A stretch of DNA of 64,000 nt from Acidimicrobiales bacterium (GTDB taxonomy: Bacteria; Actinomycetota; Acidimicrobiia; Acidimicrobiales; Bog-793). The stretch is taken from contig JBEKCO010000003.1 of assembly GCA_050014835.1 (NCBI GenBank), positions 733-64,732 of the forward strand, in the 5' to 3' direction. Under the pieces are notes generated by a model. It was not told the DNA's origin, searched no databases, and worked only from the letters and a program-made list of their open reading frames with translations. Below are positions 44,136 through 53,655 of the stretch, one piece after another; the stretch's first letter is position 1, and every line of letters begins with the position of its first letter. A program made the translations under genes and the position numbers.

Positions 44136-45437
44136 ATGGCCGACAGCCCCGAGGCGTCGTTCTGTTTCGTCCACGCGGCCGATCTGCACCTCGACACACC
44201 GTTCCGGGACGTCCACGACCTTCCGCACCACGTCGCCGAAGCGCTGCGGGAAGCCTCGCTGCAAGCCTTCGACTCCATCGTCGAGCTCGCCCTCGAACGC
44301 CGGGCGGCGTTCGTCGTCATCGCCGGTGACATCTACGACGGCCTCGAGCGCGGGCTTCGCGCCCAGGTGCGCTTCCACAAGGGGCTCGCGCTGCTCGCCG
44401 GAGAGGGGATCCCGAGCTTCGTCGTGCACGGCAATCACGACCCGGTGTCGACAGGCTGGTCAGCGATCAGCTCCTGGCCCCGAGGCGTGACGATCTTCGG
44501 CGCCGAATCTGTCGGCCTCGTCCCGGTGGAGAAGGACGGTGCGGTGATCGCCACCGTCCAGGGCATCAGCTACGCCACCCGGATGACAACCGAGAACCTC
44601 TCCCTGCGGTTCCGGCGCCCCGACGGACCCGGAGTCCACGTCGGGCTGCTGCATTGCAACCTCGAAGGGAGCGTGGACCATGACGCCTACAGCCCCTGCA
44701 GCCTCGACGACCTCCGATCGGCGCGCCTCGACTACTGGGCGCTCGGCCACATCCACCTCCGCCGGGTGATCGAAGGGAGCGGACCCGGGAATCCCTGGAT
44801 CGTCTACCCCGGGAACAGCCAGGCCCGCAGCCCCAAGCCGAGCGAACAGAGCGCCAAAGGGGCGATCGTCGTCCACGTCCGCCAGGGCGTCGTCGACGAC
44901 GCCGAGTTCGTGCCGTGCGACCGCGTTCGCTTCGAGGAGATCGAGAGCACGATCGAAGGCGTCCCCGACCTCCCTTCCCTCGTCGAGAACCTCGGAGAGC
45001 AAGGGGCAGCGCGCCTCGCCGCGGCAGAGGGACGTTCGGCCATCTTGCGCGCCCGGCTCACCGGACGCGGTGTCCTGCACGCGCTCCTCGCCCGGCCCGG
45101 CGCGACGGACGATCTCGTACGGGCGCTGCGCGAGGAGACGGGCGACCGCCAGCCGTTCTGCTGGTGGGACGAGATCGAGGATCTGACGAAGGGAATCGTC
45201 GACCTCGACGCGATCCGTCGCCGCGGCGACTTCGCGGCGGACCTTGTCGAGCTCGCCGAGAACGTGGGTTCGAATCCGGCCGCGGCCGCCGAACTCGCCG
45301 GCCGGGTCGTCGCCGGCGCGCCGCGCGCCTTGGCCGGGGCGCTCGACGGGATCGCCGGAGACGACGACACCCTCGCCCGGCTGTTCGACGAGGCGATGTC
45401 GACCGCGCTCGATGCGATCGCCGGAGACGAGCCGTGA
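44136..45437 (+). CDS. Metallophosphoesterase DNA-repair exonuclease (SbcD/YhaO-like)
   Basis: FCFVHAADLHLDTPF, VVIAGDIYD, FVVHGNHD and WALGHIH are calcineurin-like phosphoesterase motifs. Confidence 0.8.
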   Translation: MADSPEASFCFVHAADLHLDTPFRDVHDLPHHVAEALREASLQAFDSIVELALERRAAFVVIAGDIYDGLERGLRAQVRFHKGLALLAGEGIPSFVVHGNHDPVSTGWSAISSWPRGVTIFGAESVGLVPVEKDGAVIATVQGISYATRMTTENLSLRFRRPDGPGVHVGLLHCNLEGSVDHDAYSPCSLDDLRSARLDYWALGHIHLRRVIEGSGPGNPWIVYPGNSQARSPKPSEQSAKGAIVVHVRQGVVDDAEFVPCDRVRFEEIESTIEGVPDLPSLVENLGEQGAARLAAAEGRSAILRARLTGRGVLHALLARPGATDDLVRALREETGDRQPFCWWDEIEDLTKGIVDLDAIRRRGDFAADLVELAENVGSNPAAAAELAGRVVAGAPRALAGALDGIAGDDDTLARLFDEAMSTALDAIAGDEP

Positions 45438-47989
45438 AGCTCACCGGGATTCATGTCGACGGCTACGGCACGCTCGCGGATCTCGACCTCGACGGGATCG
45501 CGCCCTCGCTCACCGTCGTTTACGGGCTGAACGAAGCGGGCAAGTCGACCCTCCTCGACTTCGTGCGCGCCGTGCTCTTCGGCTTCCCGGATCGAAGGAG
45601 TCGCCAGAACGCGCGCCCGCCACTGCGAGGGGGCCGGCACGGCGGGTCGCTGCGGCTCCTCGACGAGGACGGGCGACCCTGGGTGATCGAACGGCACGCC
45701 GATGCCCGCGACCCCGTCATCACGGGTCCGGACGGGCGCCTCGGCGGCGACGCGGAGCTGCACGCGCTGCTCGGGGGCGCCAACGCCGGGCTGTTCCGTT
45801 CGATCTTCGCCTTCGGACTCGACGAGTTGACCTCGCTCGAGAACCTCGACGACGACGACGTGCGGGACCTCGTCTTTACGGCCGGGGTCCTCGGGGCCGG
45901 CCGGTCGGCGACACGCGCGATGCGCGAGCTCGAGAACCGACGAGGGACGATCGTCCGCCAACGCAGTTCCGACGCCCGCGCCAACCAGTTGCGCCACCAA
46001 CTTGATGACACCGAGGCGCGGTTGCGCACGACGCGCGCCGCGGCCGAGGGATACGCCTCGGCCGAGGCAGGACACCGGAGGCTTCAAGGAGAGACCGGCA
46101 CCGCTCGGGAGCGCCTCGACGAACTCCGTCGTCGGGACGTCGAGCTCGACCGCCTGCGGTCGTGCTGGCCCTATTGGAACCGGATCCACGACGCCGAGGC
46201 GAGGCTCGCCGCGCTCGGACCACCGAGCGCGGCCGCCGAGCAGCTGACCAGGCTCGCGTCGGAGATCCGGCGCCTGGACGCCGAATGCTCGGCCCACGAG
46301 CTCCGTCTCGGCGCGCTGCGCCAGAGCCAGGTCGAGCTGGCCGGGATCGAGCGGTCACGTGCCGACCTCGTCGAGCAACGGACGCACCTCGAACAGTCCC
46401 GTCCACCCGTGCCGGCGCCTGGCGGGCGGGACCGCTCCGACGACCCGGGCGTGGCCCCCCGGGACGAGGCGGAGCTGCGGCGTGCCGATCAGGAGGTCCT
46501 GCTGCTGCGCGGCCTCATCGGCCAGCGTGACCAGCTGCTCGCCGCGCAGAGCCAGCGAGAGACGATGGAACGGCTCGCCAGGCGCTCTCCCGGGGTGTCG
46601 CGGCCCGCGATCGCGCTCGTGTTCGTTACCCCGGTCTTGATCGCCACCGTTGTCGTCGCGGCGTTTGAGTTCTCGAAGCACAACGCCGCGCTCGGTGCCG
46701 TTGGCGCCGTCGCGGCGCTCGCCCTCGGCGCGGCGGCGGCGCTCATCATCACCGGTGCGCGGGTCGGGACCATCTCGGTGCCCGACCGGGCGGACTCGCG
46801 TCTCGCGCCCGTCGACCCGAAGCGCCTCTCCGCCGAGATCGCCCGCGCTGCCGAGGTGCTCAGCCTCGACCGGTCCCCCGCTCTCGTCGAGGTCGACGCG
46901 GTCGCCACCCGCCTCGACGAGGAACGGGACGAGCGGCGGCGCCGCGACGAGCTCGAACATCGCCTCGCCGAGCTCGAGACCAAGATCGCCGAGCGCGACG
47001 CCGCGCATCGGCGGCTGTCCCGGGCGATCGAGGCGGAGACTGCGACGGTCGAAGGCTTCGATGCCTCCGCCCGCCGCGTTGCCGCGGCGTGCGGTCTCGA
47101 AGGCGGCGAGTCCGCTGCCGAGCTATGCCGGCAGCTGGCCTCGGCTCTCGCCGCGGCCGAGCAGGCGCGGGACGAACGCCGCGGCCTGAAAGAGACGATC
47201 AACCGGGCGAACTCGGATCTCGCCGAGGCGGCGGGCTTCGGCCCGGAGGCCGACCGGTTGCGCGACGAGCTCGCCACGGGGGATCCGGCAAGCTGGGAGT
47301 CGCAGAGCGCGGCGATCAAGGCCGACGTCGCCGCCGCCGAAGCCGTGTTCCAGGACGCCCGTGACGCGGAACGTGACGCCGAACAATCGCTCGAGGCCCT
47401 GCGGTCCTCGGACGAGATCGCCACGCTCGAGATCGAGCGCGCCGCGCTCGCGACCCAGCTCGAGGACGCGCTGCGCGAATGGATCGTGCTCGGTCTCGGC
47501 CAGGCGCTGCTCGAGGCGACCTTCGCCCGTTACGAGCGCGAGAAGCAACCCGCCGTGATCGCCCGCGCCGCTGAGTTGTTCCGTGACGTGACCGCCGGCC
47601 GCTACGTCCAACTCGTCGCGCACGAGGACGAGCGCGCCGCACACCACGGCATCGACGCGATCACGGCCCGCGGCGAGCGGGTCGATTCGGGATCGCTGAG
47701 TCGCGGGACGGCCGAGCAGCTCTACCTGTGCCTGCGGCTCGGTCTCGCCGCAACCCACGCCGAGCGCACCGTCTCGCTGCCGTTCGTCCTCGACGACGTG
47801 CTCGTCAACTTCGACCCGGGTCGCGTCACCGCTGTCGGTGGCGCGATCGGGAACCTGGCGCGGTCCCACCAGGTGCTCGCGTTCACCTGCCATCCGCACA
47901 TCGTCGACGTGTTTCGGCAGGCCGACCCCGACTGCACCGTGATCGAGCTCGCCCTCACCGACACGATCGGCGCGCCACCGGTCGCCTGA
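45434..47989 (+). CDS. AAA/ABC-type ATPase with long coiled coils (SbcC/YhaN-like)
   Basis: The GTG at 45434 overlaps the upstream stop (GTGA). It begins VKLTGIHVDGYG...VVYGLNEAGKSTLLDF (Walker A), followed by long Arg/Glu/Ala coiled coils and a C-terminal LSRGTAEQLYLCLRLGL...FVLDDVLVNFD (signature + Walker B). The track's 173-aa N-terminal extension was rejected. Confidence 0.8.
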   Translation: MKLTGIHVDGYGTLADLDLDGIAPSLTVVYGLNEAGKSTLLDFVRAVLFGFPDRRSRQNARPPLRGGRHGGSLRLLDEDGRPWVIERHADARDPVITGPDGRLGGDAELHALLGGANAGLFRSIFAFGLDELTSLENLDDDDVRDLVFTAGVLGAGRSATRAMRELENRRGTIVRQRSSDARANQLRHQLDDTEARLRTTRAAAEGYASAEAGHRRLQGETGTARERLDELRRRDVELDRLRSCWPYWNRIHDAEARLAALGPPSAAAEQLTRLASEIRRLDAECSAHELRLGALRQSQVELAGIERSRADLVEQRTHLEQSRPPVPAPGGRDRSDDPGVAPRDEAELRRADQEVLLLRGLIGQRDQLLAAQSQRETMERLARRSPGVSRPAIALVFVTPVLIATVVVAAFEFSKHNAALGAVGAVAALALGAAAALIITGARVGTISVPDRADSRLAPVDPKRLSAEIARAAEVLSLDRSPALVEVDAVATRLDEERDERRRRDELEHRLAELETKIAERDAAHRRLSRAIEAETATVEGFDASARRVAAACGLEGGESAAELCRQLASALAAAEQARDERRGLKETINRANSDLAEAAGFGPEADRLRDELATGDPASWESQSAAIKADVAAAEAVFQDARDAERDAEQSLEALRSSDEIATLEIERAALATQLEDALREWIVLGLGQALLEATFARYEREKQPAVIARAAELFRDVTAGRYVQLVAHEDERAAHHGIDAITARGERVDSGSLSRGTAEQLYLCLRLGLAATHAERTVSLPFVLDDVLVNFDPGRVTAVGGAIGNLARSHQVLAFTCHPHIVDVFRQADPDCTVIELALTDTIGAPPVA

Positions 47990-48010
47990 CGTGCCGCGCG
48001 CCGGGCCGGT

Positions 48011-48550
48011 TCAGGTTGCGGCGTCGCCCTCGCGGGAGTACGCCACCGTCTCGTCCCATCCCGTCACGACGGCGATGAAGATGACGAGCGTGAGGACATG
48101 GACCCCGGTGCACCACAGGCAGAGCTTGCCGACCTCGTAGAGCTCGGCGTAGAGCAGGTAGCAGACGAACCCGATCCCCCCGACGGCGAGCGCGAGCCGC
48201 GCCGGGGCGACGTAGGGGTGACGCGCCCGCCACACCGGCGGCAGCGCGAACACGAGCACGACCACGAAGTAAACGAGTCCGAGGACGGCGACCGGGATGC
48301 CGAAGAGATAGGACTCCGAACTCGTCGTCACCGCGTCGCAGCTGATCGGGCCGGAATTCGGGCACACGAGAGACACGACCGACGTGTAGTGGGCAAGCGT
48401 GAGATAGGAGGCGATCCCGAGACCGGCGACCGACGAGCCGAGCGTGATCAGCATCCGCGCGCTGAACCGCGGCCGGGAGGCGTCGCCCGGCGCCGCCGGG
48501 AACGGGCGCAGGCGGCGGTCGCGCGCGGGCAAGGCGAACACGCCGAGCAC
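48011..48550 (-). CDS. Vitamin K epoxide reductase (VKOR) family protein
   Basis: Four TM helices. CPNSGPISC forms the loop Cys pair and CLWCTGVH is the CxxC active site. Start tentatively at GTG 48550. Confidence 0.75.
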   Translation of the reverse strand: MLGVFALPARDRRLRPFPAAPGDASRPRFSARMLITLGSSVAGLGIASYLTLAHYTSVVSLVCPNSGPISCDAVTTSSESYLFGIPVAVLGLVYFVVVLVFALPPVWRARHPYVAPARLALAVGGIGFVCYLLYAELYEVGKLCLWCTGVHVLTLVIFIAVVTGWDETVAYSREGDAAT

Positions 48551-48630
48551 GCTCCGCCGCGGCGGCGGGGGCGGCGGGGGCGGGGCCAGGACGCGTCGGC
48601 CGCGCGCCGCGGTCGGGGGTTTCGGCACTC

Positions 48631-49650
48631 CTACGAGATCTTCTTCGCCGCGGCCATCACCTTCGCCGCAGCCCGGACCCCCGGCGTCGCGCACACGCTC
48701 GACGGCCTGCCGCCGTCGGAGCGGCAGATCGCCGCCGTGATGTAGTTCGCCTCGACGACGAACGCCGTCGCGTCGATCGCCTTGGCGACCGTCGAGTTCG
48801 GATGGGCGATCGCCTGCGCGATCCTCAGCATCCCCGGGCCGCCCCCGGCAAGCGGGTCGATCGTCGGGTCGAGGAAGGCCGCATCACCCGACGAGACGTG
48901 CTCGTTGGCGATGTCGAGGAAGGGGATCCCCGACTGGGAGCCCCCGGTGAACTTGGTCGCCGTCGTGGCGGTGCCGTCGTAGGTCGTATAGAGCTTCTCC
49001 ACCTTGGCCGGCAGCTTTTGGAGCGCGGCGCCGTTGCGGTCGCTCGTCTCGTAGGGGGTGAAGCGGATGTACTTGCTCGTATAGGTCGAGCCGAGGAAGG
49101 CGAACGTCGGGATCGGCGCGACGTCGGCCGTTGACGATGTCTCCTTCAGTCCCTTGAAGGTGCCGAAGCGGCTGAGCGCGGCGACGAGCGACCAGCGGAG
49201 AATGGCGCAGTAGGGGCAGTACTCGGCACCGACGTAGACCACCCGGGCGAGCCCGTCTTGGGCGAGCGCCGGCTGGTCCTTCGTCTCGACGAACGGATCC
49301 GCCTGACCGTCGGTTCCGACGGCGTTGAACGTCGACAGCGGGATCTTCGTTATCGCGGCGACGACCTGCGCCGGGACGGCGGCCGGGTCGTCTCCCGAGG
49401 AGACGCCACCGCTCGCGGAGCTGTTCGAGGTCGTGACCTTCACGATGACGAGCACGGCGACGACGATGACGACGACGCCGACCGCGACCCAGCTCATCCG
49501 TGAGGATCCCTGGCGGTGCGAGCGCTGGTAGCGGCGGTTGGCGCTCGCCGAGCGCGGCAGGGGCGCCGCCTGGGCGCCGAGCCGCCGTGGACCGGCACCG
49601 GGTTGCTGGGGACGGGTGGGCCGGCGCGAACGCCTTTTCCGTGAAGCCAT
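48631..49650 (-). CDS. DUF929-type thioredoxin-like membrane-anchored protein
   Basis: Basic N-terminus plus one TM helix. VVYVGAEYCPYCAILRWSLVAALSRFG carries a CxxC in a thioredoxin-like context characteristic of DUF929. Confidence 0.65.
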   Translation of the reverse strand: MASRKRRSRRPTRPQQPGAGPRRLGAQAAPLPRSASANRRYQRSHRQGSSRMSWVAVGVVVIVVAVLVIVKVTTSNSSASGGVSSGDDPAAVPAQVVAAITKIPLSTFNAVGTDGQADPFVETKDQPALAQDGLARVVYVGAEYCPYCAILRWSLVAALSRFGTFKGLKETSSTADVAPIPTFAFLGSTYTSKYIRFTPYETSDRNGAALQKLPAKVEKLYTTYDGTATTATKFTGGSQSGIPFLDIANEHVSSGDAAFLDPTIDPLAGGGPGMLRIAQAIAHPNSTVAKAIDATAFVVEANYITAAICRSDGGRPSSVCATPGVRAAAKVMAAAKKIS

Positions 49651-49752
49651 GAGATTGCCTGCTCCCTCGTCGAGACGGTCGGCATCCTACCGGCCGAAGC
49701 TGGGCGCGACCTGTTCGGCCACCTGGCGGCCCAGTGCGGCGGCGCGCCCGCC

Positions 49753-51015
49753 TCAGGTGTCGCGGTCGCCGGCCCCGTCGCCAGCGTGGTCCGCGAGCGT
49801 CTGACGGACCTTCACGACGACTTCCTCGGAGCCGTTCGCGTCGGCGCCCTTCTGCACGACGAGAACCTGCCGGTCCGCCGCGGCCTCGGCCTCGGCTCCC
49901 GCGTCGGCGGCGGCGAGACGGGCTTCGATCCCCTCGGCGACGATCCGCTCCGCCTCGGTGACGAGGGCCTCGACCATCTCGTCCTCGGGCACGACACGGA
50001 CGATCTTGCCCTTGATGAAAAGGTGGCCCTTGTGGCGACCGGCGGCGATCCCGAGGTCGGCGCCGCGGGCCTCGCCCGGACCGTTCACGACGCAGCCCAT
50101 GACCGCCACCTGGAGCGGGATCCGGCGCGCTTCGAGCGCCTCCTGGGCGAGCCGTGCGACCTCGATGACGTCGATCTCCGTGCGCCCGCACGACGGGCAG
50201 GCGATGAGGTCGAGACCCCGGCGCTCGCGCAGCCCGAGCGCCTCGAGGAGCTTGCGGCCGGCCCGCGCCTCCTCGACGGGGTCGGCGGTGAGCGAGAAGC
50301 GGATCGTGTCGCCGATCCCCTCGCACAGCAGCGTCGCGATGCCCGCCGTCGTCTTGATGAGCCCGCCGGGCAGCGGACCGGCCTCCGTCACGCCGAGGTG
50401 GAGGGGGTGGTCGAAGGTCTCCGAGGCGAGCCGGTAGGCGGCCACCATGAGCGGCACGTTCGAGGCCTTCACCGAGATCTTCACGTCCTCGAAGCCCACC
50501 TCGGCGAAGTAGGCGAGCTCGATCTGGGCAGACTCGACGAGCGCCTCGGGGGTCGCGCCGCCGTACTTCTTGTAGAGGTCGGGGTGGAGCGACCCGGCGT
50601 TCACGCCGACGCGGATCGGCACGCTCCGGTCGCGCGCCTCGGCGGCGACCAGCCGGATCTCCTCGGGCTTGCGGAGGTTGCCCGGGTTGAGGCGGAGCCC
50701 GTGGACGCCGGCCTCCAGGGCCGCCAGCGCCATCTCGACGTGGAAGTGGATGTCGGCGACGATCGGCACCGGCGAGCGCGGCACGATGCGGGCGAGCCCT
50801 TCGGCGGCCTCGGCGTCGTTGCAGGTGCACCGCACGATGTCGGCGCCGGCCCCGGCGAGGTCGTAGATCTGCTGCAGCGTCCCCTCGACGTCGCCCGTCT
50901 TCGTCGTCGTCATCGATTGCACCGAGATGGGCGCGCCGTCGCCGATCGGCACCGAGCCGACGTTGATCCGGCGGGTCGGCTTCCTCGGGGCCATGTTCAG
51001 CTCCGCTATCTCCAC
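49753..51015 (-). CDS. ispG: 4-hydroxy-3-methylbut-2-en-1-yl diphosphate synthase
   Basis: INVGSVPIGDGAPISVQSMTTTKT, RLNPGN and CPSCGRT...MGCVVNGPGE (Fe-S Cys ligands). It has a ~40-aa C-terminal extension. Confidence 0.92.
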   Translation of the reverse strand: MEIAELNMAPRKPTRRINVGSVPIGDGAPISVQSMTTTKTGDVEGTLQQIYDLAGAGADIVRCTCNDAEAAEGLARIVPRSPVPIVADIHFHVEMALAALEAGVHGLRLNPGNLRKPEEIRLVAAEARDRSVPIRVGVNAGSLHPDLYKKYGGATPEALVESAQIELAYFAEVGFEDVKISVKASNVPLMVAAYRLASETFDHPLHLGVTEAGPLPGGLIKTTAGIATLLCEGIGDTIRFSLTADPVEEARAGRKLLEALGLRERRGLDLIACPSCGRTEIDVIEVARLAQEALEARRIPLQVAVMGCVVNGPGEARGADLGIAAGRHKGHLFIKGKIVRVVPEDEMVEALVTEAERIVAEGIEARLAAADAGAEAEAAADRQVLVVQKGADANGSEEVVVKVRQTLADHAGDGAGDRDT

Positions 51016-51106
51016 GTCAGTCCTTCCTCGGGCAGGTCCCGCCGCCGCGCCCGCGGCCTCGCCACTAGCCTACGGCCGCTCGACCGCCCGGCCCACCCGG
51101 GCCTGG

Positions 51107-52444
51107 TCAGCCGCCTGGGAGGTGGGGCGGCTGCAGCAGGTTGACGTAGAGGGCGCCGATCCCGATCGCCACGATGAAGATGAGGAAGGCGTAGGCGACC
51201 GGCATCAGCTTGTTCACGTCGGCGTGGTAGGGGCGGCCGCGCCGGGACCTGATCCGCTCGTAGACGGCGATCACGACGTGGCCCCCGTCGAGCGGCAGCA
51301 TCGGGAACAGGTTGACGAGACCGACGAAGACGTTGATGGCGACGAGGATCGACAAAAGGTCGGTCACGTTGATCTGCAGCGCCTGCACCGCGATCTCGAC
51401 CGCCCCCGGCAGCGACAGGATCTCACCCGAACCCGTCGACGCGGTGCCGCCCGAGGCGCCCGAGACCGGTTTCGACGGCGCGGTCCGGTTCGCCGTCGCG
51501 ACGTCGTGCGCGAAGGCGCGCAACCCGTGGAACGAGAAGACCTGGCCGATCCCCTCGCCGGTCCAGGCGAACTCCCGGCCGAGCACGGTGCCCGCCCGGC
51601 CGAGCGCGTCGAAGGCGTTCTCCGTCACGAGCCGCTGACCGCCGAGGTAGATCCCGATCACGCCGACCGGCTTCTTGCCCGTCTTTTCGGCGACGAGCCG
51701 GCCGGACGTCGACCTGACGTCAGCTGTCCGCCCGTCGACCGGCCGGACGTGGAGCGTGACGAGGTGGCCGCCGCGCTCGACGACGAGGCTGAGCTCGGCC
51801 CCGGCGTGGTCCTCGATGAACGAGATGAACGCCGGCAGCGACGTGTAGTGGTGCCCGTCGACCGCCTCGAGGACGTCGCCGGCCCGCACCCCGGCGGCCC
51901 GGGCGGGGTTCGGCTCGTTCACGAACGCGACGAGTCCTGTCACCTCCCGGCTCGGGACTGCCACCGGGAGCCCGGTGAACGCGACCATCCCCCAGAGAAG
52001 CCCGAAGGCGATGATGAAGTGCATCGCCGACCCGGCGACCGCGACGACGAGCCGGCGGGGGAAGGTCGCCTGGCGGTAGCTGCGCGCCTCGTCGGCGGGA
52101 TCGACGTCTTCGAGCATCGTCATGCCGACGACCCTCACGTAGCCGCCGGCGGGGATCGCCTTCACGCCGTACTCGGTCTCGCCCCGCCGGATCGACCACA
52201 GGCGCGGCCCGAAGCCGAAGAAGTACTCGGTGACCTTCATGCCCGACGCCTTCGCGGCGACGAAGTGGCCGAACTCGTGGAGCATCACCATGACGACGAG
52301 CGCGGCGACGACGATCAGCACGTCGAGACCGTGCAACACCACGGCGAGGACGATCACCGCCGCGGCGAAGGCCGCGAGCCGCAACAGCGCGCTCGCGTTC
52401 GGCGGTTCGGCGTCCACCGGGGGTCGTGCCGGGATAGCGCTCAC
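51107..52444 (-). CDS. rseP: Site-2 (M50) zinc metalloprotease RseP/Rip1-like with PDZ domain
   Basis: The GTG at 52444 overlaps the dxr stop (GTGA). HEFGHF (HExxH) and a C-terminal NLFPMLPLDGGH are present. The track ORF's extra 248 N-terminal aa run through dxr in another frame and were rejected. Confidence 0.85.
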   Translation of the reverse strand: MSAIPARPPVDAEPPNASALLRLAAFAAAVIVLAVVLHGLDVLIVVAALVVMVMLHEFGHFVAAKASGMKVTEYFFGFGPRLWSIRRGETEYGVKAIPAGGYVRVVGMTMLEDVDPADEARSYRQATFPRRLVVAVAGSAMHFIIAFGLLWGMVAFTGLPVAVPSREVTGLVAFVNEPNPARAAGVRAGDVLEAVDGHHYTSLPAFISFIEDHAGAELSLVVERGGHLVTLHVRPVDGRTADVRSTSGRLVAEKTGKKPVGVIGIYLGGQRLVTENAFDALGRAGTVLGREFAWTGEGIGQVFSFHGLRAFAHDVATANRTAPSKPVSGASGGTASTGSGEILSLPGAVEIAVQALQINVTDLLSILVAINVFVGLVNLFPMLPLDGGHVVIAVYERIRSRRGRPYHADVNKLMPVAYAFLIFIVAIGIGALYVNLLQPPHLPGG

Positions 52445-53655
52445 GCGCTCCAATTCTCGTTCGCCAGGGCCCGGCGCGCGACGGCGCGCGCCGCGGCGTC
52501 GGCGGCCAGCACGTCGTCGACCTCGACGAGCTTGGTCGGCTCGTGGGCGGCGAGGGTCGCCGCGACGACCCCGGCGATCCCGGGCCAGGGGATCTGCCCG
52601 GCGAGGAAGGCGGCGACGGCGACCTCGTTGGCGGCGTTCAGCCAGGCCGGCGCGCTCCCGCCGGCCCGTCCGGCTTCGATCGCCAGGCCGAGGCAGAGGA
52701 AGGTTTCGGGGTCGGGCGGAGAGAAGTCGAGGCGGGCGACGTCGCGCCAGTCGATCCGGCCGTAGGGAGCGGCGAGCCGCTCCGGGTACGCCAGGGCGTA
52801 GCCGATCGGGAGCCGCATGTCGGGCTGGGAGAGCTGGGCGATCGTCGCCCCGTCGCAGAACTCGACCATCGAGTGCACGATCGACTGCGGGTGGACGACG
52901 ACCTCGATCCGGTCGTAGTCCACCCCGAACAGCTCGTGCGCCTCGATGACCTCGAGGCCCTTGTTCATGAGCGTCGAGGAGTCGATCGTGATCTTCGGGC
53001 CCATCTGCCAGGTCGGGTGGGCGAGCGCGTCGGCGACCGTGACCGCGGCGAGTTCCGCCGCCTGACGCCCCCGGAACGGCCCCCCGCTCGCCGTGAGGAC
53101 GAGCCGGGCGACCTCCACCGGCGCTTCCGGCGCGCCGGACCCCCCGGCGCCGGGCGAGAGCGACCGCTGGCGGCGTTCGCCGAGGCACTGGTGGATCGCG
53201 CAGTGCTCGGAGTCGACCGGGATGAGTTCCGCCCCGGGGCTGGCGCGGGCCACCTGGACGACCGGCGCCCCGGCGACGAGCGACTCCTTGTTGGCGAGGG
53301 CGAGCCGCCGCCCCGAGCGCAGCGCGGCGACGGTGACCTCGAGCCCGGCGAACCCGACGACGGCGTTCAGCACGACGTCGCCGATCTCGCCGAGCGAGGC
53401 GAGGCCCTCGGTGCCGGCGCGCACCTCGACCCCGGGTGGGGCCGCCGCGGCGAGCTCGGGCGCGAGCGAGGCGTCCCCGATGGCGACGACCTGCGGGTGG
53501 AGGGCGGCGGCCTGGCGGGCGAGCTCGCCGACCGAGCGGTTCGCCCCGAGCGCGACGACGCGGTAGGCGTCGCCGGCGCCCGCCACGACGTCGAGCGCCT
53601 GGAGCCCGATCGAGCCCGTCGATCCGACGATTGCGACCGTGCGGGCCGGCGTCAT
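52441..53655 (-). CDS. dxr: 1-deoxy-D-xylulose 5-phosphate reductoisomerase
   Basis: VAIVGSTGSIGLQALDV, LANKESLV, IPVDSEH and SSTLMNKGLEVIEAH. Confidence 0.92.
   Translation of the reverse strand: MTPARTVAIVGSTGSIGLQALDVVAGAGDAYRVVALGANRSVGELARQAAALHPQVVAIGDASLAPELAAAAPPGVEVRAGTEGLASLGEIGDVVLNAVVGFAGLEVTVAALRSGRRLALANKESLVAGAPVVQVARASPGAELIPVDSEHCAIHQCLGERRQRSLSPGAGGSGAPEAPVEVARLVLTASGGPFRGRQAAELAAVTVADALAHPTWQMGPKITIDSSTLMNKGLEVIEAHELFGVDYDRIEVVVHPQSIVHSMVEFCDGATIAQLSQPDMRLPIGYALAYPERLAAPYGRIDWRDVARLDFSPPDPETFLCLGLAIEAGRAGGSAPAWLNAANEVAVAAFLAGQIPWPGIAGVVAATLAAHEPTKLVEVDDVLAADAAARAVARRALANENWSA

Noticed and set aside
44804-46297. 497-aa minus-strand ORF, and the 173-aa N-terminal extension of the 44915..47989 ORF.
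   Set aside because: Both overlap the SbcD-like gene. The ATPase begins at GTG 45434 (VKLTGIHVDGYG..., with Walker A 30 aa later), coupled to the upstream stop.
48555-48600. G-run tract (GGCGGCGGGGGCGGCGGGGGCGGGGCC), considered as a G-quadruplex or poly-Pro coding feature.
   Set aside because: It lies in the short spacer or uncertain 5' end of the VKOR gene. The composition alone is unremarkable at this GC content and I cannot support a function.
48884-50830. 648-aa minus-strand ORF spanning the DUF929 and ispG region.
   Set aside because: It is an out-of-frame Arg/Gly/Pro-rich product (RRRGRRRARP...). The in-frame DUF929 and IspG proteins carry real motifs.
51107-53188. 693-aa fused ORF suggesting an RseP with a giant N-terminal domain.
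   Set aside because: The first 248 aa are an Arg/Gly-rich alternative frame through dxr. The GTG at 52444, coupled to the dxr stop, gives a normal-length M50 protease.
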